The translations under genes were made by a program, and so were the position numbers. Positions 1-11,900 of a DNA stretch of 64,000 nt are shown here, piece by piece. The stretch comes from a virus: IMG/VR virus record IMGVR_UViG_3300046820_000298, positions 1 through 64,000 of that record. One strand, given 5' to 3'. Below the pieces are notes generated by a model. It did not search any database and was not told the origin of the DNA. It worked only from the letters and a program-made list of their open reading frames with translations. Position 1 is the stretch's first letter, and each line of letters starts with the position of its first letter.

Positions 1-222
1 CAAGAGTTGATTAAGGAAATGGAATCCTTAAAAACCAACAAACCCTATGTAAATCCACAAAATGCTTTACGAGATTGTATCTCTTTGGCATACTTAAAAC
101 TTAGCATGGAGAAGGAGCAGATAGTTGATGCTGCCTGCGAGTTCATGGGAACAACCTTTGACCCAAATAAGGGCAGGGCTGAATTGTATTACAACGAAAC
201 ATACAGAGGTACAAATGAGTAA
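1..222 (+). CDS. hypothetical phage protein (probably 5'-truncated by the window edge)
   Basis: Frame is open from position 1. Its stop overlaps the next ATG in a tightly packed + strand cluster. Confidence 0.6.
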   Translation, partial: QELIKEMESLKTNKPYVNPQNALRDCISLAYLKLSMEKEQIVDAACEFMGTTFDPNKGRAELYYNETYRGTNE

Positions 223-418
223 ATTCCAAGTAACAGTCATAGGCAGTGATGAATCTCAAATCATTGATTGTCATGGTATATTTGTTAATAGTGATGCTAA
301 AACATATCAGTTTTTTAAACTGTCATCGGGCGGGATTCAGATTTTTGTAGCATACTACCCAATTAAAAAAACAATCATTACTAAACTTGAAGCAACAAAA
401 CAAGGAGGTGAGAAATGA
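215..418 (+). CDS. small hypothetical protein
   Basis: ATG at 215 (MSKFQV) follows AGAGG and overlaps the upstream stop, so it is a better start than 125. Confidence 0.65.
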   Translation: MSKFQVTVIGSDESQIIDCHGIFVNSDAKTYQFFKLSSGGIQIFVAYYPIKKTIITKLEATKQGGEK

Positions 419-621
419 AAGCAAAAGACAAGGCTCAAGAAATCTTCAACAAAATGTATCAGGTTGATGATATTATGGGTAACTATCCAATGTGTTTTGA
501 CACAGCTAAAAGTTGTTCTTTAATAGCGGTTGATGAGATATTAAATAACTGCTACGAAGTAATGAAACCATTTTGGGAGGAAGTAAAACAAGAAATAGAA
601 AATTATGCACCAACCAAGTAA
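415..621 (+). CDS. small hypothetical phage protein
   Basis: GGAGG upstream and ATGA overlap with the previous gene. Ends in ...FWEEVKQEIE. Confidence 0.7.
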   Translation: MKAKDKAQEIFNKMYQVDDIMGNYPMCFDTAKSCSLIAVDEILNNCYEVMKPFWEEVKQEIENYAPTK

Positions 622-817
622 TTTATTAGCAGCAGTAATCATGGATCTAAAGATTCGTGAAGAAAGAGGATTAGCAACCTATGGTACAACTATGGATAGG
701 AAGGACCTATCTAAAAAAGAGTGGCTGCAACATGCCTATGAAGAAGCTCTTGATCTAGCTCTGTACTTAAAGAAGCTAATGGAGGAGAATGATAAACTTA
801 AAATTAAGGAGGTTTAG
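605..817 (+). CDS. MazG-like / all-alpha NTP pyrophosphatase-like small protein
   Basis: RGLATYGTTMDRKDL...WLQHAYEEALDLALY has the EExxD-type acidic helix seen in MazG-like phage proteins. Confidence 0.55.
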   Translation: MHQPSNLLAAVIMDLKIREERGLATYGTTMDRKDLSKKEWLQHAYEEALDLALYLKKLMEENDKLKIKEV

Positions 818-819
818 TT

Positions 820-1200
820 ATGGGATTAGACCAGTATGCTTATGCAAGAGAGATCATCGAGGATGATGAAGCAGATCCAGTAGATACTGATATTGCTTAT
901 TGGAGAAAACACAATAGACTACAAGGCTGGATGGAGAATCTCTACCGAGATAAACATCCAGACTCTAACAGAGAGTTTAACTGTGTTGATTTAGAATTAA
1001 CTGAAGAGGATCTAGACAGACTAGAGAAAGATGTAATTCTTAAAGCTCTTCCTAGAACCGAAGGATTCTTCTTTGGTGAAGACTCTTACAATGATGAAGA
1101 GTGGTCTAAAAAAGACATGGAGAGAGATCTTCAATTTATCAATGATGCTAGACAGTATCTTAAAGACGGGTATAAAATAATATACTCATCTTGGTGGTAA
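820..1200 (+). CDS. conserved phage hypothetical protein (MGLD...YWRK...GFFFG...SWW type)
   Basis: AAGGAGG RBS. Motifs MGLDQY, YWRKHNRLQGW, LPRTEGFFFG, YSSWW. Function unknown. Confidence 0.75.
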   Translation: MGLDQYAYAREIIEDDEADPVDTDIAYWRKHNRLQGWMENLYRDKHPDSNREFNCVDLELTEEDLDRLEKDVILKALPRTEGFFFGEDSYNDEEWSKKDMERDLQFINDARQYLKDGYKIIYSSWW

Positions 1201-1202
1201 AA

Positions 1203-1231
1203 AGAAAGGGGGCAAGTAGCCCCCTTTTTTA
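1203..1231. terminator. bidirectional intrinsic terminator between converging gene blocks
   Basis: AAAGGGGGC-AAGTA-GCCCCCTTT stem, flanked by an A-rich and a T-rich tract, between stops at 1200 (+) and 1241 (-). Confidence 0.85.
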
Positions 1232-1240
1232 TGCCCCGTC

Positions 1241-4200
1241 TTATTTACCTGAGCCAGCTCCTAAGTTAAACCACTTAGATGCATCGTCTGGATTAGATGA
1301 TTTTTCTATACCACCAACTATTGGGATAAGTTCTTCAAGCTTAGCTAAGAACTTATTATCTCCTTTATCGTGTCTTCCACTTTTTCTAACATAATCTAAT
1401 CCTTCTCTATCTCCTGTGATCATACCACCAAGTTCAGCAGTACCGAGATCCCATAGGTTAGCTACCTTTTGTAGAGGTCTGATAGTAGCTGTTGGAGATT
1501 CAGCCATTTTAAGGAATTCTGTTGGACTAGAGAACTGACGTAATTCTGATTCCATTCTAAGTGCTTGATAAAGCAAGAATTGTTCAGCATATGATGGATC
1601 TTCATCGTCATCATCAGATAGGACTGCTACAGCTAGTACACAAAGTAACATAAATGCAGCTTGTGCTCCGAATCTCTTTATGTTCTCTTGCTCAAACTTT
1701 TCCATGTTCTTATAAACACCTACGAAGTTTCCTTTCTTTTGCCAAGTTTCTTTTACTAATCTAGCAGCTGTGTGGTAGATACCTTCTGATATTGTTCCAA
1801 GTTCTAAGTCTCTATGTAACCCGGCACCTAGTGTACCACTTCCGTGTCCGTAATATCTTCTAAGTGATGGGACAAAGTATCTTCTAAAGAGCATAACTAA
1901 CTTACCCCACCATCTACGTTGTAGAACAGCATCATCAAACTTATTCTTAACCTGGTTTGTCTTCTTAGTCAATCCAGATACTTTCATTCTGAATTTACTT
2001 CTTATCTGATCAGCATTAGCAACCTTTGGATCAATGCCGTATCTACCAGTCTTCTCATCTAGAATGAATACATCCCATAGATTAGCAGGCTTACCAGATT
2101 CATTCATTATTACATTGCCTTGTGCATCTTTGAGTTTACCCTCATAAGATTTCATCATAGCAAGCATTCTAGTAACAGCTGTTTCATTCTCCATTATCCC
2201 TTGAAGGGCCATAGGGATATTTTTTACGGCCTTTAATGCTACTGGTCCTGTTTTGTTTCCTGTATCTGTAGATAGTGTTTCCCCTAATGCATCAAAGAAG
2301 TGAATAGCTTGACCCATCTTTCCTTTAGGGACAAACTTCTCATAGTCTTTCATCTGACCAATACCTTGCAGTTGCAAGTGATAAGTAGATTTAGCCCAAG
2401 CTAGATCTCCTTTAGAAAAGAACTGCCCAGCTACTCCTTCTTCTATAAGTCGTACGTTATCTAAGAGTAACTGGTTACCTGCTTGAAGGGCATTGAATGC
2501 AAGGTTGTTTAAAGCTGTAAAACTTGCTAGTTTACCTGCCATCTTATTATAAGAAAACTCCTTACCTGCAAAGTTTAAGCTCTTTTTAAGCTCCTCTTCC
2601 CCAAAGAATACAGTATCAATAAACTCAGAAAGATGTTTGAAGTTATTTGATACCTCTTTATTAGTTTGATATCTAACTTTACCTACAATCTTAGACCACC
2701 TGTTAACTACTGGAGAGTTATTAGCAGTAACAGCTAGTGGCTCTCTGTTCTCAACTATATCTCTCATGAGCATTACAGCTCCTTGTACCTCAGACTTTCT
2801 CTGGTACATGTTAGACATACCTGCAAACTGAACAATAGCAGAAGCCATGTCTCTAGTTGCAAGCTTTTCGTTGATTGGATTTACGTAGAAGATAGGGATA
2901 ACTTTATCTCTAGCCTCTTTGTTAGCATTGATTGAATCACCGTAGTGAGTATCTGTAGATAAGAAGTTTATAGCATCTCTAGCTTCTAGTTTAGCATAGT
3001 TAACAACCCCATCTTTTTGAACTTTCTCAAGTCCATCAGCAAGTATTGCTGGAGCTACATAGCTAAAGTTCTCCCATGAGTTTCTTATCGGGCCATTCTT
3101 TCCTATCTGTCTCTGACTATCCTTATACACATCTAGAAGAGCATTGTAATATTCGAATGCTGGGCCATTAGCTTTAAGAGCTGTATACTTTGGGTTAGCA
3201 TATTTAGATGCTAATGGCTGAACTGCTCTCCCTTTAAATTGTCTACGTTTAGGATCATAGATTTTATTCATCAAACTCTGGATCTCCTGGATCTGAGAGT
3301 GATAGTAAGCCATCCTGTCTCCGTCGTTAGTATTAGTAGCAGATGCCAATCCTTTATTAGCTGCAGCAAGTTCGTTAGTTAATCTCTGCAATAGCTTCTG
3401 TGAATCAGGGCTAGGCTCAGAGTTGTTAGCATACCAGTTAGATACCTCTTCGTAGAACTGAGCTACCTTAACTTTGTTTTTAGCATCTTCGAACCAAGCC
3501 TTTCTTTCATCTGATGTATTAGGAATACTGTATTTGGTATTAAGCCCATCATACATAGTTGACTCTGCTTTTCTATATCCAGTTACATCTAAAGGTTGTA
3601 CAAAAGTCAGCAATTTTTCTTTTCTACTTTCTCCAGTTTCTGGGTCTCTAACCATGTACTCGTGTACCTCGAGAATATCTTCGTTAAAAGTTACAGGGTT
3701 AACTCCAGAACCTTTAGTCTCTGCAAACTTTCTATATGCATCAGCAACTCTATAAGCTATATCTTGAGTATCATCGTTAGCTTCATACAGTTTATTCTTC
3801 AAAGTCATAGCAAACATCTGAAGACTAACTTGAGATGAATAAATAATAGGATCTAGCAAGTAACTAAATGCAGATTTATCTTTCTGAGCTTCTCTTAATT
3901 CTTTAATCAGAGTCTCTCTTCCTATCTTTTTATTCTCCAGCTGCTGTATGTTTAATGCAAGTTGAGCTTCGAATAAACCTTCTTTAGTTGTGATTTTATT
4001 TCCTTTGCCATCGGTCAATGTACCCTCTTTAAATCTCCTCTCCAAAGATCTCCACTCATCATTCTTATCTGGGGCAATAAGTCTTTTGTTATCTCTAATA
4101 TTTTTAATGACACTATTAATCTGATCTTCTACATCACTATTGTTGTATTCTAGAAGCAAGTCAGCCATCATAGGGATGCCTATCTTATTATAATCTTCTG

Positions 4201-5923
4201 CTATAGCACTCATCTTATTGATAGCACCAAGTAGAGACTGCTCAAGTTTAGTAAGCTTTAGGAACTCCGGATCAGTAGACTGCTGTTCTTGGGTAAGTTT
4301 AGTTTGTAGTTTTATTTTCTTATACCTAGCCAGATTACGTAGCTTAGCCATCAAGCTTTTATTCGGATCCATACCTCCGTAGAAGTTAGATACCGTATCC
4401 CCTACTTTATGTAGTTGGTTGATAAGCTGTAGTCTCTCTGATACAGATAAGTTCTCATTGTACTTTTCATCTATCTCATCAAGCATACTTTCAGCAGTGT
4501 CTGCTACACGAGAAGCATAAGACACAAAGTCCATTAACTGCTCTATCTTCTTAACCTTTTCTAGGTCTTCATACATAAGCTTGAGACGAGCAATGGCTTT
4601 TTCATTAGCTTCTTCTCCTCTCCTTTCTAGCTTAGCTATGTTATCTTTTACAGCAATCTTTACATCTGCAAGTACATTCTCAAAGTCTTCTTTAATTCTA
4701 TCGTCTGCACGACTATCAGCCATCATTGATTTAAGGCTTCCCTTAAACATGGTTCTATCGAATCTTCCTTCTAGCAGAGTCTTAGCTAATTCTTCTACAG
4801 CTGCCTCATTAGTTTGTAGATTCAAAGCCTTTGCAAGTGCTCTGAATATTCTATTAACTATCTGCTGAAACTTGTTAGGCTTGTCTCTATTAATTTTAGC
4901 ACCAGCTAGTCCAATAGCAGTAACTACAACTTCTTTATCTAAGGTATCCTCATCAAGCTCAGGGTATTTATTCTTAACCTTTCTATATAGTTCTGTACCT
5001 TTTAGTTCTTTGATTGCAGCTTTAACTGTTGCATTATCCTCTCCTAATAGCTCAACTAGAAGGTGGCTAAACTCATGGACGTGAGTATCCTCAGTCATAA
5101 GAGTAGGGTTGAACTTGATAGTAACAGGCTTACCTGGTTCTATTACAATTCTTCCTTTTACAGGCAGCTCGGGATCTACTTCTACGTTAATCTCTACTCC
5201 TTGTTTTCTAAAAGCATTCTTTATACTAATGATTTGGTCAGCTACATCTTGGTACTGCACCTCTTCTCCCTCTGCTTCAATCTGTCTACTGTCTGCTTGT
5301 AAGTCAAACATAGAAAGCTGATTCTGTGCAGCATTTGATACTACCTCAGATTCAGCCATTACTGCCATAGCAGGAGCTACTGGAGTGAAAGGGTTGAAGA
5401 CTTGTTGGTATCTAGCTGCTTCGAATGCCCCTCTTTTGTAGTTAGCTACATACTGATACATCTGAGCTCTATCGTATGGGTCTAACTGAATCGGGGAGGC
5501 AAGTTTAACTAGAGAGTTAAGCTGAGTTTCATCTACACTTACATAGTAGTCATGAGTTGGAAGAACTGCAGCGGTCCTACCTGGTCTTGCTGAATCCGGG
5601 GATCCTTTAGATTTAAATCCCTGTAGATTAAACACAGGTTTAGTAGCACCGTAGTTAATAGCAAAGTGCACATTCAATCTAGCCAAAGACTGGATTGGGG
5701 TAATATCTCTACCTTGTTTATTGTTAGCATCCATAAGCAATGGCATGTTTAACTTGCCACCACTTAGTACATATCCGTGAGACTGGATAATCTTATATAG
5801 CTCTTTACCAGAGAGTTGACTGCCAGTAGAAGCAGCTGCGTCGACTGTATTCAGTATTAAAGTCTCAGTAGGGTTAGCTACAATTACTCCGTTACCATCA
5901 ATGTTTGATACTACACAACTCAT
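1241..5923 (-). CDS. giant virion ejection protein with zincin-like metallopeptidase motif and C-terminal hydrophobic helix
   Basis: 1560 aa, directly downstream of the vRNAP as in crAss-like phages. HEFSH (HExxH) at 5063-5077 with downstream EVVVTAIG. TM-like AAFMLLCVLAVAVL near the C-terminus. Confidence 0.75.
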   Translation of the reverse strand: MSCVVSNIDGNGVIVANPTETLILNTVDAAASTGSQLSGKELYKIIQSHGYVLSGGKLNMPLLMDANNKQGRDITPIQSLARLNVHFAINYGATKPVFNLQGFKSKGSPDSARPGRTAAVLPTHDYYVSVDETQLNSLVKLASPIQLDPYDRAQMYQYVANYKRGAFEAARYQQVFNPFTPVAPAMAVMAESEVVSNAAQNQLSMFDLQADSRQIEAEGEEVQYQDVADQIISIKNAFRKQGVEINVEVDPELPVKGRIVIEPGKPVTIKFNPTLMTEDTHVHEFSHLLVELLGEDNATVKAAIKELKGTELYRKVKNKYPELDEDTLDKEVVVTAIGLAGAKINRDKPNKFQQIVNRIFRALAKALNLQTNEAAVEELAKTLLEGRFDRTMFKGSLKSMMADSRADDRIKEDFENVLADVKIAVKDNIAKLERRGEEANEKAIARLKLMYEDLEKVKKIEQLMDFVSYASRVADTAESMLDEIDEKYNENLSVSERLQLINQLHKVGDTVSNFYGGMDPNKSLMAKLRNLARYKKIKLQTKLTQEQQSTDPEFLKLTKLEQSLLGAINKMSAIAEDYNKIGIPMMADLLLEYNNSDVEDQINSVIKNIRDNKRLIAPDKNDEWRSLERRFKEGTLTDGKGNKITTKEGLFEAQLALNIQQLENKKIGRETLIKELREAQKDKSAFSYLLDPIIYSSQVSLQMFAMTLKNKLYEANDDTQDIAYRVADAYRKFAETKGSGVNPVTFNEDILEVHEYMVRDPETGESRKEKLLTFVQPLDVTGYRKAESTMYDGLNTKYSIPNTSDERKAWFEDAKNKVKVAQFYEEVSNWYANNSEPSPDSQKLLQRLTNELAAANKGLASATNTNDGDRMAYYHSQIQEIQSLMNKIYDPKRRQFKGRAVQPLASKYANPKYTALKANGPAFEYYNALLDVYKDSQRQIGKNGPIRNSWENFSYVAPAILADGLEKVQKDGVVNYAKLEARDAINFLSTDTHYGDSINANKEARDKVIPIFYVNPINEKLATRDMASAIVQFAGMSNMYQRKSEVQGAVMLMRDIVENREPLAVTANNSPVVNRWSKIVGKVRYQTNKEVSNNFKHLSEFIDTVFFGEEELKKSLNFAGKEFSYNKMAGKLASFTALNNLAFNALQAGNQLLLDNVRLIEEGVAGQFFSKGDLAWAKSTYHLQLQGIGQMKDYEKFVPKGKMGQAIHFFDALGETLSTDTGNKTGPVALKAVKNIPMALQGIMENETAVTRMLAMMKSYEGKLKDAQGNVIMNESGKPANLWDVFILDEKTGRYGIDPKVANADQIRSKFRMKVSGLTKKTNQVKNKFDDAVLQRRWWGKLVMLFRRYFVPSLRRYYGHGSGTLGAGLHRDLELGTISEGIYHTAARLVKETWQKKGNFVGVYKNMEKFEQENIKRFGAQAAFMLLCVLAVAVLSDDDDEDPSYAEQFLLYQALRMESELRQFSSPTEFLKMAESPTATIRPLQKVANLWDLGTAELGGMITGDREGLDYVRKSGRHDKGDNKFLAKLEELIPIVGGIEKSSNPDDASKWFNLGAGSGK

Positions 5924-5939
5924 TTTATTATAATTTATA

Positions 5940-5947
5940 CAAAGTTA
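5940..5947 (-). promoter_or_regulatory. TAnnTTTG -7 element upstream of the 1560-aa gene
   Basis: TAACTTTG in the 25-nt gap after the vRNAP stop. Confidence 0.45.
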
Positions 5948-5948
5948 G

Positions 5949-8900
5949 TTATCCGTTACACAATAGCAAATTATCATTGTCTCTTACTCCAGGTATTTTT
6001 GTATCATTCATAAGTTCTGATAGAGCATCTATAGCTATACCAGCCTTAGCTAGCTTATCAGATGTTGATATGTCTGGGAGTGAGTAGATAGTCTTCCCTA
6101 CAAATGCAGAGTCGAGTCTTGCATATACGAACTTATCTGCTTTTTTACCTATCTTAACAAATGTTCCAATCTCTTTAGTCTTAGAGTTTTTGAAAACTAA
6201 AAATGGTTTGTTTTTAGAACTAGTTAACTCAGTAGTTTTGTTATTAAGTGTTCTACTATTCTCTCTTTCTAGAAGTGGACGACCTTCACTCTTCATAGGG
6301 CCGAACAACTGCATGTAAGTTAGAAGATCTCCAGCATCGAAGTAGTTAGCATTTTCAAGTTTATCACTCTCATCATGCAAGAATTCTAGGATACTTTTCT
6401 TCTGTCCTCCATCAACTGGTTGTGGCTTACTAAAAAACTCTACAGGGATAATGTCGTGGTATGATCCAGCACCTTGTCTAAACCCATTTGATAAGAAACT
6501 ATGCATAGCAAGTTGCTCACCTAACTTTGCAATTGAAAGAGCTTCACTTCTTAGTTTAGGATCTTGTATGACGTCATCTTTAATAACTATACTTTCAGGA
6601 TTTACATTCAAGAAGTACTGAGGACTAAACATCATAGCTCTAAGTGTAGCTGTAAACCCTTCTCTCTCACTTCTAGAGAATGCAAATGATCCGTCAAACT
6701 TAATACCGTAGTACTTTTTAACTGGATCTACCTCAGTTTCAAAGTTAGAGATAAACTTAGTGTAAGCAAGTTTTGGGAATTGCTGCTTCAAAGAGTTAAG
6801 TCTAGTACCAATATTGTTATTAGGGTTACTGTACATTGCCTCAGCATAATTCTGATTCAGGTATCTCATAAATGGAGACCCTTGTTTAGTAAGCATGAGG
6901 AATGTAAGGTTACCGTCTATCATCTGGTGCATAGAAGAGCTTACTCTTTTTACTCCAGCTCCTTTTTTAATTCTTTCTTTCATAGTCAAGAAAGCAGAAC
7001 TAGTTCTCATAGGGAAGAAGTAGCTAGCTACAAGCAAGCTGTTATCCTTAAGAGTTTCGTATCCTCTCTCCAATCCATAGATAGAATCTCTTCCTAAGAA
7101 CTGATCGAGCACATCTCCATTTGGATCAGGACCGAAGAACATCATAGGCTCGGGAGTATCTGTCTCTTGATCTTTTGCAGATTTAAAGTTCTCAGATCTG
7201 TCGTTATAAGCTTGGATGTTACCAATCCTATTAAGACCGTCCATAGAGTCAGGAGTAATTCTCTTGTACAAATCCATAAGCTTATTCCCAGCTTTATGGA
7301 ACAGAATAAAGTTCTGTACATAGTTTAACTGCTTATCTAGATCTCTGTCTTCTTTCGATAGATTTGCTAGATCTGCAGCATCCATAGGGACAGTAACATC
7401 AGCTATCTTAGTTTCTACTGGAGTTTTATCACCAAGAGCTGTTTTCCTTTTAGCCATTTCAGTTCTTATCTCTGTAATGACTATTTTCTTTGCATTATCT
7501 AACTGACTGATATTTCCTCCATATCTCTCTTCAAGTATCGACGTAAGTCTTCTTACATATGGTTGGTTAAGCAAGCTAGTACAAGTAGCAGTATTGTAAT
7601 CAGGATGATAAGCTATAAACAATGCTCTTACTGGAGCAGTGATTACACTATCATTAAGTTCAAGTTGTATCGGGTCTTTACCAGCATCCACGGATGCAGA
7701 CAAGAACAACGAACCTGATTTATCTGTAGTTATTCCTTCTCCAGTGTAAGTTCTGTACTCGGTAAACTCTGTCACCTGACCTTCTGCACCTTTAATCTTA
7801 ATGGCAAAGTCTTTATTAAGATTAACTACACCATGCTGAGCTACGTTTCTTCCTGCAATAATGTTTGCATAAATACCACGAAGTTTATTACCAGCCTGGT
7901 TACGGATAAGGGCATCAGTCTCTGTGCTTATGTCATTCCAGTCTTGAGCTGTATCAAATTCTGGGAGAGCTTCTCTTACTCTATCTACCTCTGACTTGAG
8001 TGTAGTATCATCAAGTGGGGACAATGTTTCAGTAAAGTGTGCAGGATTAGACATCACAGCTTCCATAGTATCTAGAATGATATTGTTAAGCTGCTTGTTA
8101 GATACTGCATTTCTATCTTGAATCATTCCAGGAGTAGTTGCTATTCTTTGATAATCTGGAATTACTTTTTTAATACCGTACTTAGATGTAGGATCTTGTT
8201 CCACTTCTGGGAACATCAAGAAGAGTTTATCTACGTCAAAGTCAGATCCCATAAGCTTAACAAGCTGTCCAGGTACAACTACAGATTTAGCATAATTCTC
8301 AGGGAGGAATGCTTTTATCTTTAAGATTACTGTAGATGCCTTATCCTGGTTAGGGATACGATACCCAATGATTCGTCTTAACTCCTCTGGGACTTCATCT
8401 AGAGATTGACCCGGCTTAATTCCAAACTGCCGAGCTAGATCTTCTCTAATCATTATCTCAGCATGTACAAGTCTTTGCTTACCATTCTCATTAGCTACTT
8501 CATAGAACTTAAGTTCATTATCTGTCCCGTGTCCACCAAGTTGAGCTACCTGTACAGCTTCGTATCCTTTTACAGATTGTTTGAATACTCTGTTACTCAT
8601 CACAGACATGATGATAGATTCAAACTTCTTATTATATATCGGGAGATCAAGTGGAACCTTAAATCTAGGTTTACCAGTAGCATCTAATTCAATATCTAGA
8701 GCTCGGTAGTAGTTAGAATGTAGATCTCCATCTAGAATCTGCTCATAGATGATGTCACGAATGTTCTTAAGTACCTCGAGCTTAGCTTCATTGATAATCT
8801 TAGGATCTTTAGTTCCTAAAGCTTCTGTCAAGTCTGATATCTTAAGCTCTTGCATTACATCTTGCATGTCTCTATCGAGCTTTTCTTCAATAGCAGCATG

Positions 8901-11900
8901 GTACAAAGACTTCATCTGACTACCACTTAGATTTACTTCTGCACCTTTGATACCTGCATTGTAAGTATAAATAGTACCGTCTTGCACGTTAGCCATCATG
9001 TTCTTCTTAATCTGACGGTTAAGAGTAACAACTGGGTTATCCTTCATCTCCGGCATAGTCTGAGGTTTTCTCAATCCTCTAGACTCGTTGATGTTAACTA
9101 CTACTTTATCAAACTCTCCAGGTCTACCTGTTACAGTGTGTACATTTCTCTTAGCTAACTTCTTACCTGATACAAAGTTTACAACATGGACTGGATCCAT
9201 ACCTGCATATACTCCTTCAGCTTCCATTCTCTGACGTAAGTCTTCTAGCTTAGGGAAGTCTTTAGTGTAAGATTTAAGAAGTACAGAGTAAGAGTTCTTT
9301 TCTGATATCGGGGTCATAGAGTTCCCAACTAACTGAAGTTTTTCAAAGTAAGTCTTTGTAGGATATACAGGGACTGCATCTCCGGCTTTGTATCCCTTAG
9401 GTACAAATCCTTGTTGATACACAAACTCTCCAGTCTGCTTGTAGCTCTTATAGGCCATCTCATCTTCCTTAGTCCACTTGCCTTCACCCTGCATCAAACT
9501 TCTATGCATTTCAAGACTGATAAATGCTTGAGCATCAGTAGAGTCGAACTTACCTGGACGGTAAGCATTAGCTATAGCTACAGCTTGGTCTAACGGTACT
9601 CCAGAAGCAACTAGTCCATCTCTCATATTATCTGCAGCTTTGTTTGCTCTCTCTGTTTGCTCAGGAGTAGCATTAAGCTTAAGGTCAGCAAGAGTGATCT
9701 CGTTATAGTTATCCATCATACCATAAGCCTCACCTGGCATCCAGTCTACTGAGCCTACGTTATCAGACTTAAGTGCATATTTAGCACCCGGAGAAGTCAA
9801 GTGACCCATACGTTTGTAGAAGTCTACAAGATCTTTTGAGTAAGCTCTAGATCCACGGAACAGTTTAACCATCTCGTTTCTCATAAGAGTTTCTTCAAAC
9901 ACAAATCCTTCAAGCATCTCATCTATCTTTAGAGCAGGCATACTTACGTTATCTATCCTGTCTAGATGAGTCTCATTATTTGTAGTTTTCTCTGACAATA
10001 TCTGCTTAAGTTTAGCAGCCTGATTCTTCATATAAGTATCAAGCTTACTAACCATTGCATCTAATCTACTGTCTATATCTTGTTGTTCTTCTTTAGACAG
10101 CTCTCCTTTTACATACTTATCTATTACTGTGCTTATAGAAGTTTTATCTATTACACCTTGAGCAGCTTTAGTAAGAGTTTGGTCTGTTACAATCTGCTGC
10201 CCATTCTCATCAAGAGCAGTGAATTGAAAGAACTTAGAATTAAAGGCTCTCCCTAAGAAGTTACCATCTTTATCTATAGTTACTCCAGTCTTTGGGTCGT
10301 TGTGATATCCATCTACTAACAGACTTCTATCTCCACTCTTCTCGGCAGCAACGACTACTCTTCTAGCCTCAGCCATACGTAAGAAGTCTTGTACAATCTG
10401 AGCTTTAATCAACTCAGCTTTACTAGTATTTTGTCTAATCTTAGTAGAAATCTTGCTAAGTCTAGGAACATTCAGTGCTGTAAACTTATCTCTATCAGCC
10501 TGTACAGATGCAAAGATTTTAGTAGTATCTGTTCTTCCTGAGTTAATCCATGCATTAAGACGTACTACATACGAATCTATCTTAGACATATCTCCGTAAG
10601 TTGTAGCATCTTCATAGTCGGCTTCTTTAATAGCATCCAAGTCCTCTAGTCTAAACTCTTTGAAGAACTCTTCATTCTGTAGAGCTCTAAACAAAATAGA
10701 CTGGAACTTAGCATTTCCGTAAGCCCCAATGAATGGGTCTTGCATGTATTTTTCAATGAATGCAGCTTTATTAGTCTTAAGGTCATTCACAATCTCTTGC
10801 ATGTGAGACTGTGTATTAGTAGCATAAACCTGAGCTCCATTTGCAGATACGTGACTTTCCCCAGCTATACTTAGTACAGGGGCAAAGTATTCTGCAAGTT
10901 TTAAAGCTACTGACTTCTTATCAACTATGAAGTTATTATTGTTTGCAGGTTTTGTACCACCTGATAAAATACCGTTAGCTAATTTGAAATCTGCAATACC
11001 TATCATCAAAGAGAACATCTCATTTTGCAATGTTTTTGCAGCAGCCTGCCCTTTAACCTTTCTAGTTCCATTTTCATCTGAAACAAAAAAGCCATTGCTA
11101 ACAATCTTGTGAATGTTATCGTAAGTATCTTGGATGTTTACATTATCCCCAACATTCAATCCCATAGACCACATCAAGTCTCCTAGTGCTTTAACAATAG
11201 GGTTAGTCACACCAGGTTCCATAGGTATATCACCAATAGGCCTTTTAGGCATAACACTTTCTAGAGCTTTAAATGCTTTTACAATCTCATCAACTCTAGA
11301 GTCAAGCCTTGTATAAGTAAGAGTAGGCTCCTCTCCTTCTTTTTCTAAAAGCTGTGGTTTGTACAGACCTCTTGAGGTAGTATCGTCAGTAGCAATTACG
11401 GCATTTCTCCAAGAGTCTACTAACTTCTCAGCTTTACCTTTTCTATTAGGATTAAAGATATCTACCTTAAGTTTATTATTAGCCTCTGAGTTACTCTTCA
11501 TGAGTACAAACTCAGTAGTAGCAAGAGCAAATGCATTATACAACATTGCTTTTTGAGGAGCATCTAATCCTTTTACGAACTCAAGTACAGGGTTAATAAT
11601 ATTTGGTTTGTAAATAGCTGCATTCTCGAGAGCAGCCATCATGTCACTGAACTTTTGTTTTCCAGTAAACACTTCTAGTAACTCTCTGTATACAACCTCT
11701 CTGTCTAGATAAGTATTTACACCAAACTTATTTACCTGTACATTTCCATTGGCATCTGGTAGGCTACTCTTAATAGTAGATAGTAGTTCTTTTACCTTAC
11801 CTGTAAGTCTCTTAGCTGGGCTTGTACCTAGCTCACTCTTACCATATATCTTTTCTATCACTCCGTCAATTGCTTCTAGTTCCTGCTCAATAGCATCCTG